Positions 1 to 13,299 are shown, counted from the stretch's first letter. The stretch is 64,000 bases of DNA from Octopus sinensis (GCF_006345805.1 NC_043001.1:132246001-132310000); one strand, 5' to 3'. A program made the numbers and translations. Notes: generated by a model from the letters alone, not told the origin.

Positions 1-497
1 TCAGTTGTCAAGCGATGTTGGGGGCACAAACACAGACACACAAACATACACACACACATATATATATATATATACATATATACGACGGGCTTCTTTCAGT
101 TTCTGTCTACCAAATCCACTCACAAGGCTTTGGTTGACCTGAGGCTATAGTAGAAGACACTATAAAGGTGGCGAGCTGGCAGAAACGTTAGCACACCGGG
201 TGAAATGCGTAGCTGTATTTCGTCTGCCGCTACGTTCTGAGTTCAAATTCCGCCAAGGTCGACTTTGCCATTCATCCTTTCAGGGTCGATGAATTAAGTA
301 CCAGTTAATGTAATCAATGTAATCGACTTAATCCATTTGTCTGTCCTTGTTTGTCCCCTCTATGTTTAGCCCCTTGTGGGTAGTAATGAAATATAACGAA
401 ATATATAGTAGAAGACACTTGCCCAAGGTGCCACGCAGTGAGACTGAACCCAGAACCATGTGGTTCGTAAACAAGCTACTTACCACACAGCCACCCC
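1..497 (-). mobile_element. tRNA-derived SINE family A, cut by the window edge and interrupted by a family B SINE
   Basis: Matches the full copies at 20153 and 35245. The duplicated target tatagtagaagacact (146-161 and 405-420) flanks the nested element. Confidence 0.9.
165..404 (+). mobile_element. SINE family B nested in SINE A
   Basis: Head aaggtggcgagctggcagaaacgttag with B-box-like gagttcaaattcc, core gcc(a)ttcatcctttc.gggtcgat..attaagtacc, tail agccccttgtgggtagtaa. 16-bp TSD. Confidence 0.92.
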
Positions 498-699
498 TAC
501 ACCAAGGAGTAAAATAAATATGAGCCGGCAACTGAATCTCTATGTCATTGTGTGATCTGCAAGAAAGAGCAACCAAATTTGCCTTAAATCATACCCTACT
601 GTGCTAAAAATGAGGATACCTAATACTTGAAAAAAAATTGGATGGTCAGTACTAGAACATTTTTAGGCACAGGTTTGGCCAAAGTAACAACATAATAGC

Positions 700-970
700 A
701 TCTGCTCTTTGGAATTCACTAGGCTCATACCACATCCACTCAGCTATTCCTATCCTTCTTGCTTCTCTCATTACTCTTGTGTTTGAGCCCAGACCCAACT
801 TTAATCACTATACAATCTCCTTCTTTCCTTGAATGTAAGCTCCTGGAATTCCCTTCCTGTACAAGATATCCTATGAATGTTCTTGACAAACATTAATGCC
901 ATTAGTCTCACTGGTATCATCCTGGACCTTGTCCCTTCCTTAAGACTCAGCAAGTAAGTAAAAAAAAAAT
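700..970 (+). mobile_element. Decayed CR1/L2-like LINE 3' fragment
   Basis: tggaattcccttcct (WNSLP motif) followed by an A-rich end. Similar to 46080-46457. Confidence 0.5.
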
Positions 971-1007
971 GCACAATATGCATTGGAATATCTCCTCTGC
1001 ATTACAA

Positions 1008-1495
1008 ATCATCATCATCAAAATCATCATCATTTAACGTCCGTTCTCCATGCTAGCATGAGTTGGACGGTTCGACCGGGGATCTGGGAAGCCAGAAGGC
1101 TGCACCAGGCTCCGGTCTTATCTGGCAATGTTTCTACAGCTGGATGCCCTTCCTAACGCCAACCACTCCGTGAGTGTAGTGGGTGCTTTTTATGTGCCAC
1201 CTGCACTGGTGCCAGGCGAGGCTGGCATCAGCCACAGTCGGATTGGTGCATTTTACGTGCCACCTGCACGGAAGCCAGTCGAGGCAGCACTGGCTTCAGC
1301 CACGATTCGGATGGTGCTTTTTACGTGCCACCGACACGGAAGCCAGTCGAGGCGGTGCTGGCATCGGCCACGATTCGGATAGTGCTTTTTACGTATCTCC
1401 AGTCCAGGGGTCCTGGCATCTGCCGGGTGCCAGTCATAGGATTGGTTCAATTTCGATTCCGATTTCACTTGCCCCAACAGGTCTTCGCAAGCAAG
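1008..1495 (-). mobile_element. SINE-like family E (RTE-type tail, (GAT)n end) with internal ~62-69 bp tandem units
   Basis: The segment atcatcatttaacgtccg..ccatgctagcatg..ctacagctggatgcccttcctaacgccaacc recurs at 24733, 39857, 42835, 41025 and 61660. Confidence 0.85.
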
Positions 1496-3458
1496 ATGAT
1501 AAATCAGTTATCCAAACAGCTGACAGTCGATGAAACCTGGAATATTGGTAAGAAATGTAAATAAACAATGAAATTCGTGACAATGATGAAAATGATTATT
1601 GCTTTATCACATAAATAGGTCTGTTTGAACCTAATTAGAATTAGAATCTTGTGAAGTTGTTAGATAACTCAAATTGTTTCAGTAGGCTATCAGGAACCAC
1701 TGAATAACAAGTGTTCATCTAGTGAGTCAAAGGAACAATAATCCAACATCAACATCATCATTAGCACTCCCTGTTGGCTGGTAAGCAAAATATTAGTATT
1801 AAAACTAACATTTCATAACACTAGATCAATTATAACAAAAGCAGTAATAATGGCTTCAATAATGGCACGAGGTCACCAGATTTAGTTGGAAAGGGTAAAT
1901 CAATTACATCAATTCCTCTGTTCAGCTGGTACTTATTCTATTGACCCTGAAAATCTGAAAGGTAAATTCTACCTCAGCAGCATTTAAACTCAGAAAGTAA
2001 AACCAGGAGAAATGTCACTAAGCATTTTGTCCAGCTTGTGTGATTCACCTGGCTCGACACCTAAAGAATAGCAGTAATAATATCATTTGATATATTTAGA
2101 CCTTCCATTGTAAACATAGAAACTATAAATTATAATTATGTATTGTACTTGGTCTTTAGAAATATGAAATTCACTCTCAAGAATATAAAAGACACTTAGT
2201 ACACACCTACACACAAGAATAATATGCTGGGCAAAAATCATAGCAGAGATTGATTTCCAATTTTGGCACAAGTCTGCATCAATTTCATAAAGAAGCAGTT
2301 AGAAGTATAATTTGTTTAATTGCTCTCCAGTAAATTACAGGTACTTATTTTTACCAACTTTTGAAATATGAAAGGTAAAAGCTGTACACCAGCATGGTTT
2401 GAACTCAGAACATCTTTAGTTTTGAACTCATTTATTGTTTCTGCCACTTCAAAACCATAATGTGCAAATTGAAAGAGGCTCAGTCAAACAGCATGTTGGA
2501 TACAAGGATTACTATTCAATTTAAAAATACACCCAAGAACACATGTATAGTTTTAAAATCAAAATTTGTTCAACCCATATAGAAAAATTCATTTATAATG
2601 GAAAAAATCCAGCTTTTAAAATATTTTTAAGAGACTTTTACAAAGATATCCTTTTTACAGTCAAGTGATATTCCAATATTTTTTCCACCCTTGCTATGAT
2701 TTCTTTCAAAATTGTTTGAAAGTAATTTTTCTTTTTATCAGTTTGAAAATATAACATTATCAAATTTAATTCCTTCAAAGAAATCTTTTCAAATGTTGAA
2801 AGCATTGGTCTGTGAACTACCTAAATTTTTTTTGTTTGTGTTTTTTTATATCATTTATGTGTTTGTTTCTAAAAGTGTAGTCCATTTGAGTTTGTAACTC
2901 CAAAATTATTCTATATAACCATAGATATACAGAAATTGAAAACTGACAAAAATGTAATATAAAAAAAAACTATGAAGAATTCAGAGATTGTTGTCATTAC
3001 AAAAAAAAAATTACTGAATGCGTTTGAGAAAAACACATAGATAAATCTAAAAACAAAACAAAGAAATCTAAGTTTACTGTCATGGAAACAAAGACATTAA
3101 TTATTTGATAAATTTTAGTGAATAAAAAGTGGATATAAACAACTAAAATAGATGTGTTGAAACTATTTTAGGATTAAAATTTACAGAAAACATTAATCAC
3201 AATCAGGTTTTTGAAAAATGACAATCACTTATAGTTGAGGTTTAAAATTGTCCAATACTAATAATTCTTGTAGTAATATGTGTCCTGATAAATCAAACTT
3301 GAATGAGGATGGGATATCTTGTTTGTTTTTTTTTACTTCTTTGTTTGTTTTTTTTTTTAAATATAAATACAACATGCCTAAGTTGTATTTTTTTCTATTG
3401 ACCCTCATTTCAACTAGGCCCTAGTTGACATTTTAATGGATTTTTCTAAAGAATTCTT

Positions 3459-3639
3459 TTAAAATGCAAATGGTCTGCTAGCAGCATTACTGTTCACTGA
3501 ACTGCCACTGTTTGACGTCATAATTTTAACTGTTTCCATCTTAGTCTGCCATGTAAATGACAGCTCATGAATCTGTGACCTGCCAGCAATTCCACTAATC
3601 ACAGACCTACCCACTGCACAGTATGAGAATGGTATAAAC
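3459..3639 (-). CDS. Candidate terminal or alternative coding exon (FIPFSYCAVGRSVISGIAGRSQIHELSFTWQTKMETVKIMTSNSGSSVNSNAASRPFAF*), unidentified
   Basis: Strong acceptor ccctttcctctcttctag| on -, one frame open to TAA at 3459-3461, unique higher-complexity sequence, U-rich downstream DNA. No homology recognised. Confidence 0.3.
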
Positions 3640-4785
3640 CTAGAAGAGAGGAAAGGGAGAAATATACAGGATAGAACCAGTTGTTGGAAGTGAAATAGTC
3701 CAAGGCTTAGTATTATAGGGATGAGGCACTGCAGAAAAATACAGAAGTATAGGTGGGAGTGAAGAGGGGAGGAATCAGATAACATGGTTTCAGTGGATTA
3801 TGTAAAAATATGCAAATAAATGGACGACAAAATTCAACAGTATGAAAATGAGCTTATTATAATAATTATCAGCATTTTAATAATCAGCCTAGTTGGTAAT
3901 TAATAAAAATCCTCATGAAGACATGGAATCCATGCCAACCGAGAATAGTAGTAGTAGTAATATAGAGGCAGAGAATGTTGCAGTTTTAAGAAAATGTTGA
4001 AGTAATAACTGCATTGAATTGAGAAAAAAAAACACCCCAAAGAAAATACATATAAGTTTAATAATAAGGAAAAAGATGAAGTTATTAAAATTTAAGAGAT
4101 GGACCAAACGCTTTTTGCAGATTCTAATATCCATAGAATAATAGAGGCTGCAAATAGTACTTGAAATGAAATTTTTAATTTCAATAGAGAAAAATAAGAT
4201 AAGTGGGAAAGGGGTGTGGGAATAAACTTGATAAACCAGATAGGAATGTAAATAGTTTCAACAAATTACAACTATTATGAATGTGATACAAATAGGAGTG
4301 AGAAAAAGTAAACGAGGATTATATCTTGTTATTAAAATTTTAGAATCCAATCAATGCATTGAAAACGGGTTTTAAAATACTACTTGAATTTTCAGGTTTA
4401 AATTCAAAATTATCATGATAAATATGTATTTGAAGAAAAAGAAATTAATATTATAATGATTAAAAGAAAAAGCTATCTGGAAAATATTCCCTTAAAAAAC
4501 ACTGCAATAGATTTTAAACCATTTTTTAAAGTTACTACTAGAAAACAGAAAACTTGAGATTTAAAAGAAAATTACTTAGCTATGTAGATATTTTTTTCAA
4601 AATAAATTGAATTCTTATTTTGTTCTTTTGTTTGTCTATTTATATAGACAAAATTTGAATTCCGAATATATTTTCAGACCTTCATGCACAAACAACCACT
4701 TTTTTCACTTTATTTTTTCATTCTTTTCCCTGTCCAGCATTTTATGAATACTGATTATAATGCAACCACAAGCACTATGGCTCAC

Positions 4786-4909
4786 CAAACTACTATATTT
4801 AGTAAAATACCCAAGCAAAACACTATCATTAGCATTCTTCATATCTTCACTAAACCAACTGACAACATTTTCATTCTTCTTAATATTTTCTTTATATCCA
4901 TCACTACTG
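4786..4909 (-). CDS. Candidate internal exon, 124 nt (SSDGYKENIKKNENVVSWFSEDMKNANDSVLLGYFTKYSSL)
   Basis: Long pyrimidine tract plus tattcag|cagtag tandem acceptors, donor ttg|gtgagc, one open frame. Confidence 0.22.
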
Positions 4910-5776
4910 CTGAATAGAAATGAATAACACACAACGCAAAAAAAAAAAAGAAGAAAGAAAAGGGGAAAATACAAAATATAAAATGAAAATTTTATATTTA
5001 TCACAACAGAGTATTTAAGGTAATTTTCCAATAAGAAGAAATAATCTAGAAAGAATTAAATGAAAAAAGAATTGCTTAGTAATATTAGTAACTGAAAAAA
5101 AATGAATATATATTAAAAACTGGCATTTCTTCAATGTAGAAATCCCACTATATATCAACTAAGAGATCTGGGTGTTTAACAGAATTGTTATCTAACAAAC
5201 AGCTAACCAGGTAATGTGAACAGCTTATTGATCCTATTGTGTTATGTAACATAATTCAAAATCAAATAAAAACAATATATGTGTCATATTTAGATATAGA
5301 CATGTTCACATGTTAAGGGTTTGTGTGTGTATGTGTGTGTAAACAAATATATATGTTAAATAAGTAGATTTATATGCATACATTAACATATATATATATA
5401 TATATTTATATACGTATACACCAACATATATATATGATTATATACGAATAAAAATAAAGATATATATACATACACACATACATGCATATATTTAATACAC
5501 ACATACATATGCAGCTAACTACACATATATAAACAGTGCGAGAGACAGATTTTTATAGGTATAAACAAATAGATACACAGAGAGATAGAGAGACATATAT
5601 ACATATATACACAGTTATATATGCATATAAACATATACACACATACACACATATATATATGTAGACATGTGTGTGTGTGCATATGTATATTAAAATATAT
5701 TTTTATGTCCATATATGCCCATAGATAAAAAATACATTTTATATATGTATGTAATAAAATTAATGTACATATATTT

Positions 5777-5826
<50 letters not shown>

Positions 5827-6059
5827 ATATATATACATATATATATATACAAAATATGTGAGCATATGTGTCATCAACATCATATATATATATACACACA
5901 CATATATATATTTACATGATGTTCATGATTTATTTCATTAACATATGTATATATGAATATACAAACATTAATCATAGTACATGTGTATATAGAATATATT
6001 TTATATTTAAACACACACACACATGTATACATATATGTATATATATATATAATATATAT

Positions 6060-6090
<31 letters not shown>

Positions 6091-6737
6091 GAGTATATGT
6101 ATGAGCATAAAATTGATTATCATTATACAGAGAATATATATATATATATTATATATATATATATATATGTATATGTACATATATATATATATATATTTAT
6201 TTATAAATTGATAATATATATATAAACAAAATTTATTTCTTATACATATATGTAAATATATATATATATATATATACATATACACACACACAGACAGGTG
6301 TATATAACACATATTTTTACTTGTCTAAGAATCTATCTATGCATGATTCTGTAGACAGATATTGACATCAACATCATTTTAATATACGCTTTTTCATGCT
6401 TGCAAAAGTCAGCCAAACTCAAATGAGACAAATTTTTATAGCCAGAAGCTGTTGCTATCATCAGCACTCACGAGGGCTTCTTTCAGTTTCCATTAATGGA
6501 ACAAATGGCACACCTCAGCCTATATCAGAAAATGCTTGAGGTGCCAAATAGTGAGACTGAACTCCGAACGATGTAGTTGGGAGGCAAATTTCAATTTATA
6601 TATATATATATATATTTTATATAAATGTATATGTATATATATTTATATCTATCTATCTATCTATATATATATATATATATAGATATATATATATATGAGT
6701 ATATGTATGAGCATAAAATTGATTATCATTATACAGA

Positions 6738-6777
<40 letters not shown>

Positions 6778-7214
6778 TATGTACATATATATATATATAT
6801 ATTATTTATAAATTGATATATATATATAAACAAAATTATTTCTTATACATATATGTAAATATATATAATATATATATATATATACATATACACACACACA
6901 GACAGGTATATATAACACATATTTTTACTTGTCTAAGAATCTATCTATATATCTACATATGCATGATTCTGTAGACAGATATTGACATCAACATCATTTT
7001 AATATACACTTTTTCATGCTTGCAAAAGTCAGCCAAACTCAAATGAGACAAATTTTTATAGCCAGAAGCTGTTGCTATCATCAGCACTCACGAGGGCTTC
7101 TTTCAGTTTCCATTAATGGAACAAATGGCACACCTCAGCCTATATCAGAAAATGCTTGAGGTGCCAAATAGTGAGACTGAACTCCGAACGATGTAGTTGG
7201 GAGGCAAATTTCAA
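6091..7214 (+). repeat. ~0.6 kb near-identical tandem duplication (6091-6594 and 6698-7214)
   Basis: gagtatatgtatgagcataaaattgattatc ... gaggcaaatttcaa is present twice, differing by 2 substitutions, one 12-nt indel and TA-run lengths. Confidence 0.95.
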
Positions 7215-7298
7215 ATTATATATATATATATATATTTATTTATAAATTGATATATATATATATATATATCTATATATATATATATATATATAAGTATG

Positions 7299-7350
<52 letters not shown>

Positions 7351-7551
7351 TAGATACGTGTGTGTGTAGTCACAAGCATGACTGTGTACTAATATGTTTA
7401 CTTCTCAACTACTTGGTCCCAGGTTCCATCCAGCTGAGTGCCACTTTGGGCCAGTGTCTTCTACTTTACCCTCAGGCCAATCAAAGCTTTAGGAGTGTAT
7501 TTGGTAGGTGGAAACTGAAAGAAGCTTTTTGCATATATATATATATTTTTT

Positions 7552-7951
7552 TTTACTTGTTTCAGTCATTTGACTGCGGCTATGCTGGAGCACCGCCTGT
7601 AGTTGAGCAAATCGACCCCGGGACTTATTCTTTTGTAAGCCCAGTACTTATTCTATCAGTCTCTTTTTGCCGAACCGCTAAGTGACGGGGACGTAAACAC
7701 ACCAGCATCGTTTGTCAAGCAATGCTAGGTGGACAAACACAGACACACAAACATATACACACACATACATATATATATATATATACATATATACATATAT
7801 ACGATAGGCTTCTTTCAGTTTCCATCTACCAAATCCACTCACAAGGCATTGGCTATAGCAGAAGGCACTTGCTCAAGATCCCACGCAGTGGGACTGAAAG
7901 TGGAACCATTTGGTTGGTAAGCTAGCTACTTACCTCACAGCCACTCCTGCG

Positions 7952-7954
<3 letters not shown>
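7552..7954 (-). mobile_element. SINE family A
   Basis: Near full-length match to the other family A copies. Confidence 0.92.
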
Positions 7955-8026
<72 letters not shown>

Positions 8027-8081
8027 CACACACACACTTATACACACAAATATCTATTTGTACATAGACGGATAGATAGAT

Positions 8082-8115
<34 letters not shown>

Positions 8116-8195
8116 GTATATGTATAATGTACATATAATATAATAAAAATATATATATATATTATATATATATATTTAATACTGTATATCATACA

Positions 8196-8232
<37 letters not shown>

Positions 8233-8309
8233 TACTCTCACGCAGACAGAAATATAAATATACATACATATGTGTGTGTATTTATATGTATGCATATATA
8301 TATACATAA

Positions 8310-8430
8310 TGGTCTGCTGGCTTAGCCAGAGGGGTGGCGTCATTTACAGCCTAAACAATGCGAAGCGCATTGTGACCAGCGATGTGTAGCAACATCAGAT
8401 AGCCTGGTCGGTCACAGTGATCACGGTGAT
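8310..8430 (+). mobile_element. Probable 3' fragment of another SINE/LINE inside TA repeats
   Basis: GC-richer island ending in gtcacagtgatcacggtgat. Single copy in this window. Confidence 0.4.
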
Positions 8431-8450
8431 ATATACATATATATATATAT

Positions 8451-8509
<59 letters not shown>

Positions 8510-9005
8510 TATATACAAATACATATTATATATATATATATATACATATACACACACACAGACATGCATACACATATATATGCATATGTAAGTAAGCATT
8601 CATGCATGTTCATTTGCAATAAGTATAATATTTTGTAGAAAAAGTAGGTATGGATACAAGCACAGCTACGTGGTAAGGAGTGTTCTTCCCAAGCACATGC
8701 TTCAAGGTTTATTCCCAGTAAGCAGCACTTTCTTCTACCTAGCCTTGTGAAGTGATTTAGTAGACAGAAACTAAAAGCCCCTCGTATATATGTCTTTGTG
8801 TGTGTGCACACATGCATATTATGTGTGCATGTCTTTTTCTTTGTGCTTATGTTTGTTCTTCCATACATATAAAAATATATATATATCATATACATCTATG
8901 TATGATTGTGTCTATATATGCATGTATAATATATTACTTTCAGATTTTGGCACAAGGCCAGCAGTTTCAAAGGAGTGGGTAAGTCAGGACTCAACTGGTA
9001 CTTTC

Positions 9006-9095
9006 TCTATCGACCCCGAAAGAATGAAAGGCAAACTCGGCCCTAGTGAAATTTGAACTCAGCATGTAAAGATGGACAAAATGCCAGCTTTCCAC

Positions 9096-9135
<40 letters not shown>

Positions 9136-9889
9136 CCACTAAATCCTGTAGATCAGTGGTCCTCAACTGGGATCCATATGGTCCTTGGGATCCACATAAG
9201 ATTTCGTTGTTAAAATTTAGGTGCAATAAACTGGTCATACTTCTAGAATACACAAAAATATTTAAACAATTTTTTTATACAATTGCTAATTATATATAAT
9301 TATAAAAAATATAATAGTTTTTAGACATCAAATAGCTATGAGAACTCCTTCCACCCCCTCCAATAAAATAGGATTCATAGGGGTCCATAGGTAAAAATTA
9401 CTTGGGAGCAACTGCTGTTGACCAATGACTGAAACAGGTAAAGGATAAGAGATAGCAAAAGTATTTTTCCTGTGTACTGTGAATGCCACTCCAAAATTCA
9501 TTGTCGTAAAATAGATTTGTATCTGATTGTAGATAGAATATTCTATAGTTATGAAATATAGGAAATAACATAAGAAAATAAACATGAAAAACGACTGAAA
9601 ATATACTGAGACCAACATACAAAATTTATATACCCCAGCTGAGGACGACTGATCTGCAGGGTTTAACAGAACGCACACACACACACATGCACACACACAT
9701 ACATACACACACATGTGCACACACACATACACACACACACACATACACATGCACACACATGCACACACATACACACACACACACATACACACATACACAT
9801 GCACACACACACACATACACACACACAAACATACACACACATGCACACACACACATACACACACATGCAGACACACACACACACACACT

Positions 9890-9948
<59 letters not shown>

Positions 9949-10039
9949 GGTGGAAAGCTGGCATTTTGTCCATCTTTACATTCTGAGTTCAAATTTCACT
10001 AAGGTTGAGTTTGCCTTTCATTCTCTCGGGGTCGATAGA
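9006..10039. repeat. Local inverted duplication (arms 9006-9171 and 9633-10039)
   Basis: Both arms carry the same SINE B fragment / (GT)n / unique linker / MITE-start junctions in opposite orientation. Confidence 0.9.
9154..9414. mobile_element. hAT (Charlie-like) MITE
   Basis: Degenerate TIRs cagtggtcctcaa / ttgggagcaactg; 8-bp flanks ctgtagat / ctgttgac. Related fragment at 50866-50910. Confidence 0.65.
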
Positions 10040-10706
10040 TTTTGTGTGTGTGTGTGAATTTATATATGTTTATTTTAATCAATGTATGTTACTTTCTTAA
10101 TGACAGCTTTTTTTATAGCTCTTACCACATTCTCTCCCTCTCCAAGTTCTTTCTCTCGCACATATATATGTCTGTGTGTGTGTGTCTCTATGTATGTTGG
10201 GATATACACATACGCACACACACACACATACAGTCAACTGCATCTTTTCATAATTATATATACACATGCATGTATGTATATATGCATTATATATATAGAT
10301 GTGTGTGTGTATGTGTTATATATATATATATGTGTATGTATGTATAAATATGTTTGTGTATGTGTGTATGGATGTATGTATAAATCTATGTATATTCATG
10401 TGTATACATTTACATATATATATTTATATGTTTGTATGCATGTGTATAGTGTGTGTAAAAGCAAGAAATTTAAAACAATACTAAATGGCAGCTGCCACTT
10501 CACATCTAGTTATTCCATATTTTTCAGATGTGTGTGGGTGTGTGTGGGTGTGTGTGTGTGTGTGTGGGTGTGTGTGTGGGTGGGCATGTGTGTGTGTGTG
10601 TGTCTATATATATATATATACACATGGAGAGAGAGAGATAAATGTTCCTTTCTTGCTATCCATCGTACATATAAATATATGTGTGTGGTGTGTGCATGTG
10701 TATATA

Positions 10707-10750
<44 letters not shown>

Positions 10751-10945
10751 ATATATATATATATGTATGTATGTATTATAAATGTATATGTACATATATA
10801 TATATATACATGTGTGTGTGTGTATATATATATATAGGTACACACTCACACTTGTATATACATCTATTTATATATACAGAAATATATACAAATGATCACA
10901 TATAGATTTATATAGATTCATGCATAAACATGCACACAAATACAT

Positions 10946-10986
<41 letters not shown>

Positions 10987-11185
10987 ATATATATATATAT
11001 TAATATATTATACACACATGCCAGGTGGCAAGCTGGCAAAACTACTGGCATACTGGGAAAAATGTTTAACCTCCTTTCGAAGTTGATCAAATAAGTACAA
11101 GTTGAGTCCTGGGTTTGGTGTAATTGACTTAACCCACTCCACCAAGCTTGCTGGCCTTGTGCTAAAATTTGAAATTTATATAACA

Positions 11186-11233
11186 GGCAGACAGGCAGAC
11201 AGACAGATAGATAGATAAATAGATAGATAGATG

Positions 11234-11311
<78 letters not shown>

Positions 11312-11338
11312 AAGATAGATAGATAGATAGACAGATAA

Positions 11339-11371
<33 letters not shown>

Positions 11372-11382
11372 CAGATAAATAG

Positions 11383-11445
<63 letters not shown>

Positions 11446-11486
11446 GAAAGATAGATAGATAGATAGACAGATAAATAGATAGATGA

Positions 11487-11522
<36 letters not shown>

Positions 11523-11550
11523 TAGATAGATAGATAGACAGATAATTAGA

Positions 11551-11590
<40 letters not shown>

Positions 11591-11599
11591 TAGATAGAG

Positions 11600-11646
<47 letters not shown>

Positions 11647-11655
11647 CAGATAGAT

Positions 11656-11698
<43 letters not shown>

Positions 11699-11707
11699 CA
11701 GATAGAT

Positions 11708-11739
<32 letters not shown>
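11186..11739. repeat. (GATA)n/(GACA)n tetranucleotide array, ~550 bp
   Basis: Directly visible. Confidence 0.97.
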
Positions 11740-11740
<1 letters not shown>

Positions 11741-11920
11741 TGTTTCTTTATTAGCCACACAGGGCTGCACACAGATAGAACAAATTACAAGGTAGAGCTT
11801 TTCTTTTGAAGGTTTAAAAAAAAAAAAAAAAAAAGGAAGGGGGAGTTTCGATCAAAAGGGATCGTAAAAGGAGAGAAAGAGGACAAAAAAAAGGGGGGTT
11901 AAAAAAAAAGGGGGAGAGGA
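11741..11920 (-). mobile_element. LINE 3' UTR fragment (same tail type as the L1/Tx1-like fragment at 23458)
   Basis: Minus-strand end ttgttctatctgtgtgcagccctgtgtggctaataaagaaa, preceded by a pyrimidine-rich UTR. Confidence 0.6.
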
Positions 11921-12344
11921 AGATAGATACAATCATACACACATGTATATAATATGTATATGATATAGATATATTTTCAATGTAACAGTATATAGGTGCA
12001 TAGGAGAATATTTGAATACTCTTTTATGCTCTTAGGGGTTGAAATCATCGTGATGCAATAATGCTGGGATTTTCATTAAGGAATTCCTGATTATTTTGAC
12101 ACTCAGTATTTATCTGTCTTGTACATATTTCATCAATTATTACTTGAAAGATTTGAGACATCTAGGAGGACACCTTAAACAGAACCTTTTACTAGAGTGG
12201 TGAATACATAACCGCAACAACCACAATCATTGTCAAAGATACAAACACACATAGACAGATAGATAGATAGATAGATAACATAATATATACATATATAATA
12301 TATAAAACATACACACACACATATATTTATACACACAAACACTT

Positions 12345-12765
12345 ATACTCTCTTTACTCTTTTAGTTGTTTCAGTCATTTGATTGCGGCCATGCTGGAGC
12401 ACCGCCTTTAATTGAGCAAATCGACCCCAGGACTTATTCTTTTGTAAGCCCAGTACTTATTTTATCAGTCTCTTTTTCCGAACTGCTAAGTAACGGGGAC
12501 ATAAACACACCAGCATCGGTTGTCAAGCAATGCTAGGGGGACAAACACAGACACACAAACACATACACACGCATATATATATATATATATATACATATAT
12601 ACGACAGGCTTCTTTCAGTTTCCGTCTACCAAATCCACTCACAAACCTTTGGTCGGCCCGAGGCTATAGTAGAAGACACTTACCCAAGGTGCCACACAAT
12701 GGGACTGAACCCGGAACCATGTGGTTCGTAAACAAGCTACTTACCACACAGCCACTTCTGCACCT
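12345..12765 (-). mobile_element. SINE family A, full length
   Basis: Head, internal microsatellite and (gtaaaaga)n tail all present. Confidence 0.93.
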
Positions 12766-13066
12766 ATATCTATATATCAACTATATCCTCATCATCATCA
12801 TCACTATCATAACCATTATGATTATCAGTATTCTTTAATTTCTGTGTTGCAAGCTGTCATGAGTTGGTTGGTTTGACTGGATCTGATGTGCCAAAGGAGT
12901 GAATTATGCTCTGTGTCTTCTTTGGTATGATTTCTATGACTGGATGCCTTTCCTAATGCTAATGTATTGTATATACATACATATGTACATAAGTATGTAT
13001 GCATGTGTGTGTGTGTGTGTGTATGTATGTGTGTGTGTATGTATGTATGTATGTATGTATGTATGC

Positions 13067-13299
13067 AAGGCGACGAGTTGGCAGAAACGTTACCACACCG
13101 GGCGAAATGCGTAGCCGTATTTCATCTGCCGTTACGTTCTCAGTTCAAATTCCGCTGAGGTCAACTTTGCCTTTCATCCTTTCGGGGTCGATAAATTAAG
13201 TACCAGTTACGCACTGGGGTCGATGTAATCGACTTAATCCGTCTGTCTGTCCTTGTTTGTGTCCTCTTTGTTTAGCCCCTTGTGGGTACTAAAGAAATA
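13067..13299 (+). mobile_element. SINE family B, full length, inserted in (GTAT)n
   Basis: Matches the family consensus end to end. Confidence 0.93.

Larger units (their letters stand above)
5330..8310. repeat. Compound (TA)n/(CA)n/(TACA)n microsatellite field
   Basis: Directly visible; source of the poly-IY/YI pseudo-ORFs. Confidence 0.95.

Noticed and set aside
1182-1395. Regularly spaced repeats superficially like a CRISPR array
   Set aside because: Whole units repeat without unique spacers; eukaryotic context; no cas genes.
5515-11772. Many ORFs of YIYI, HTHT, CVCV and LSIY type (also near 16900, 21100, 33200, 37600 and 60800)
   Set aside because: Translations of stop-free microsatellites, not genes.
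12530-12838. Recurrent ORFs MLGGQTQTHKH.., MVVIPAVLFHH.. and MRNWYLIYRPRK..
   Set aside because: They recur only because they lie in SINE copies of families A, C and B.
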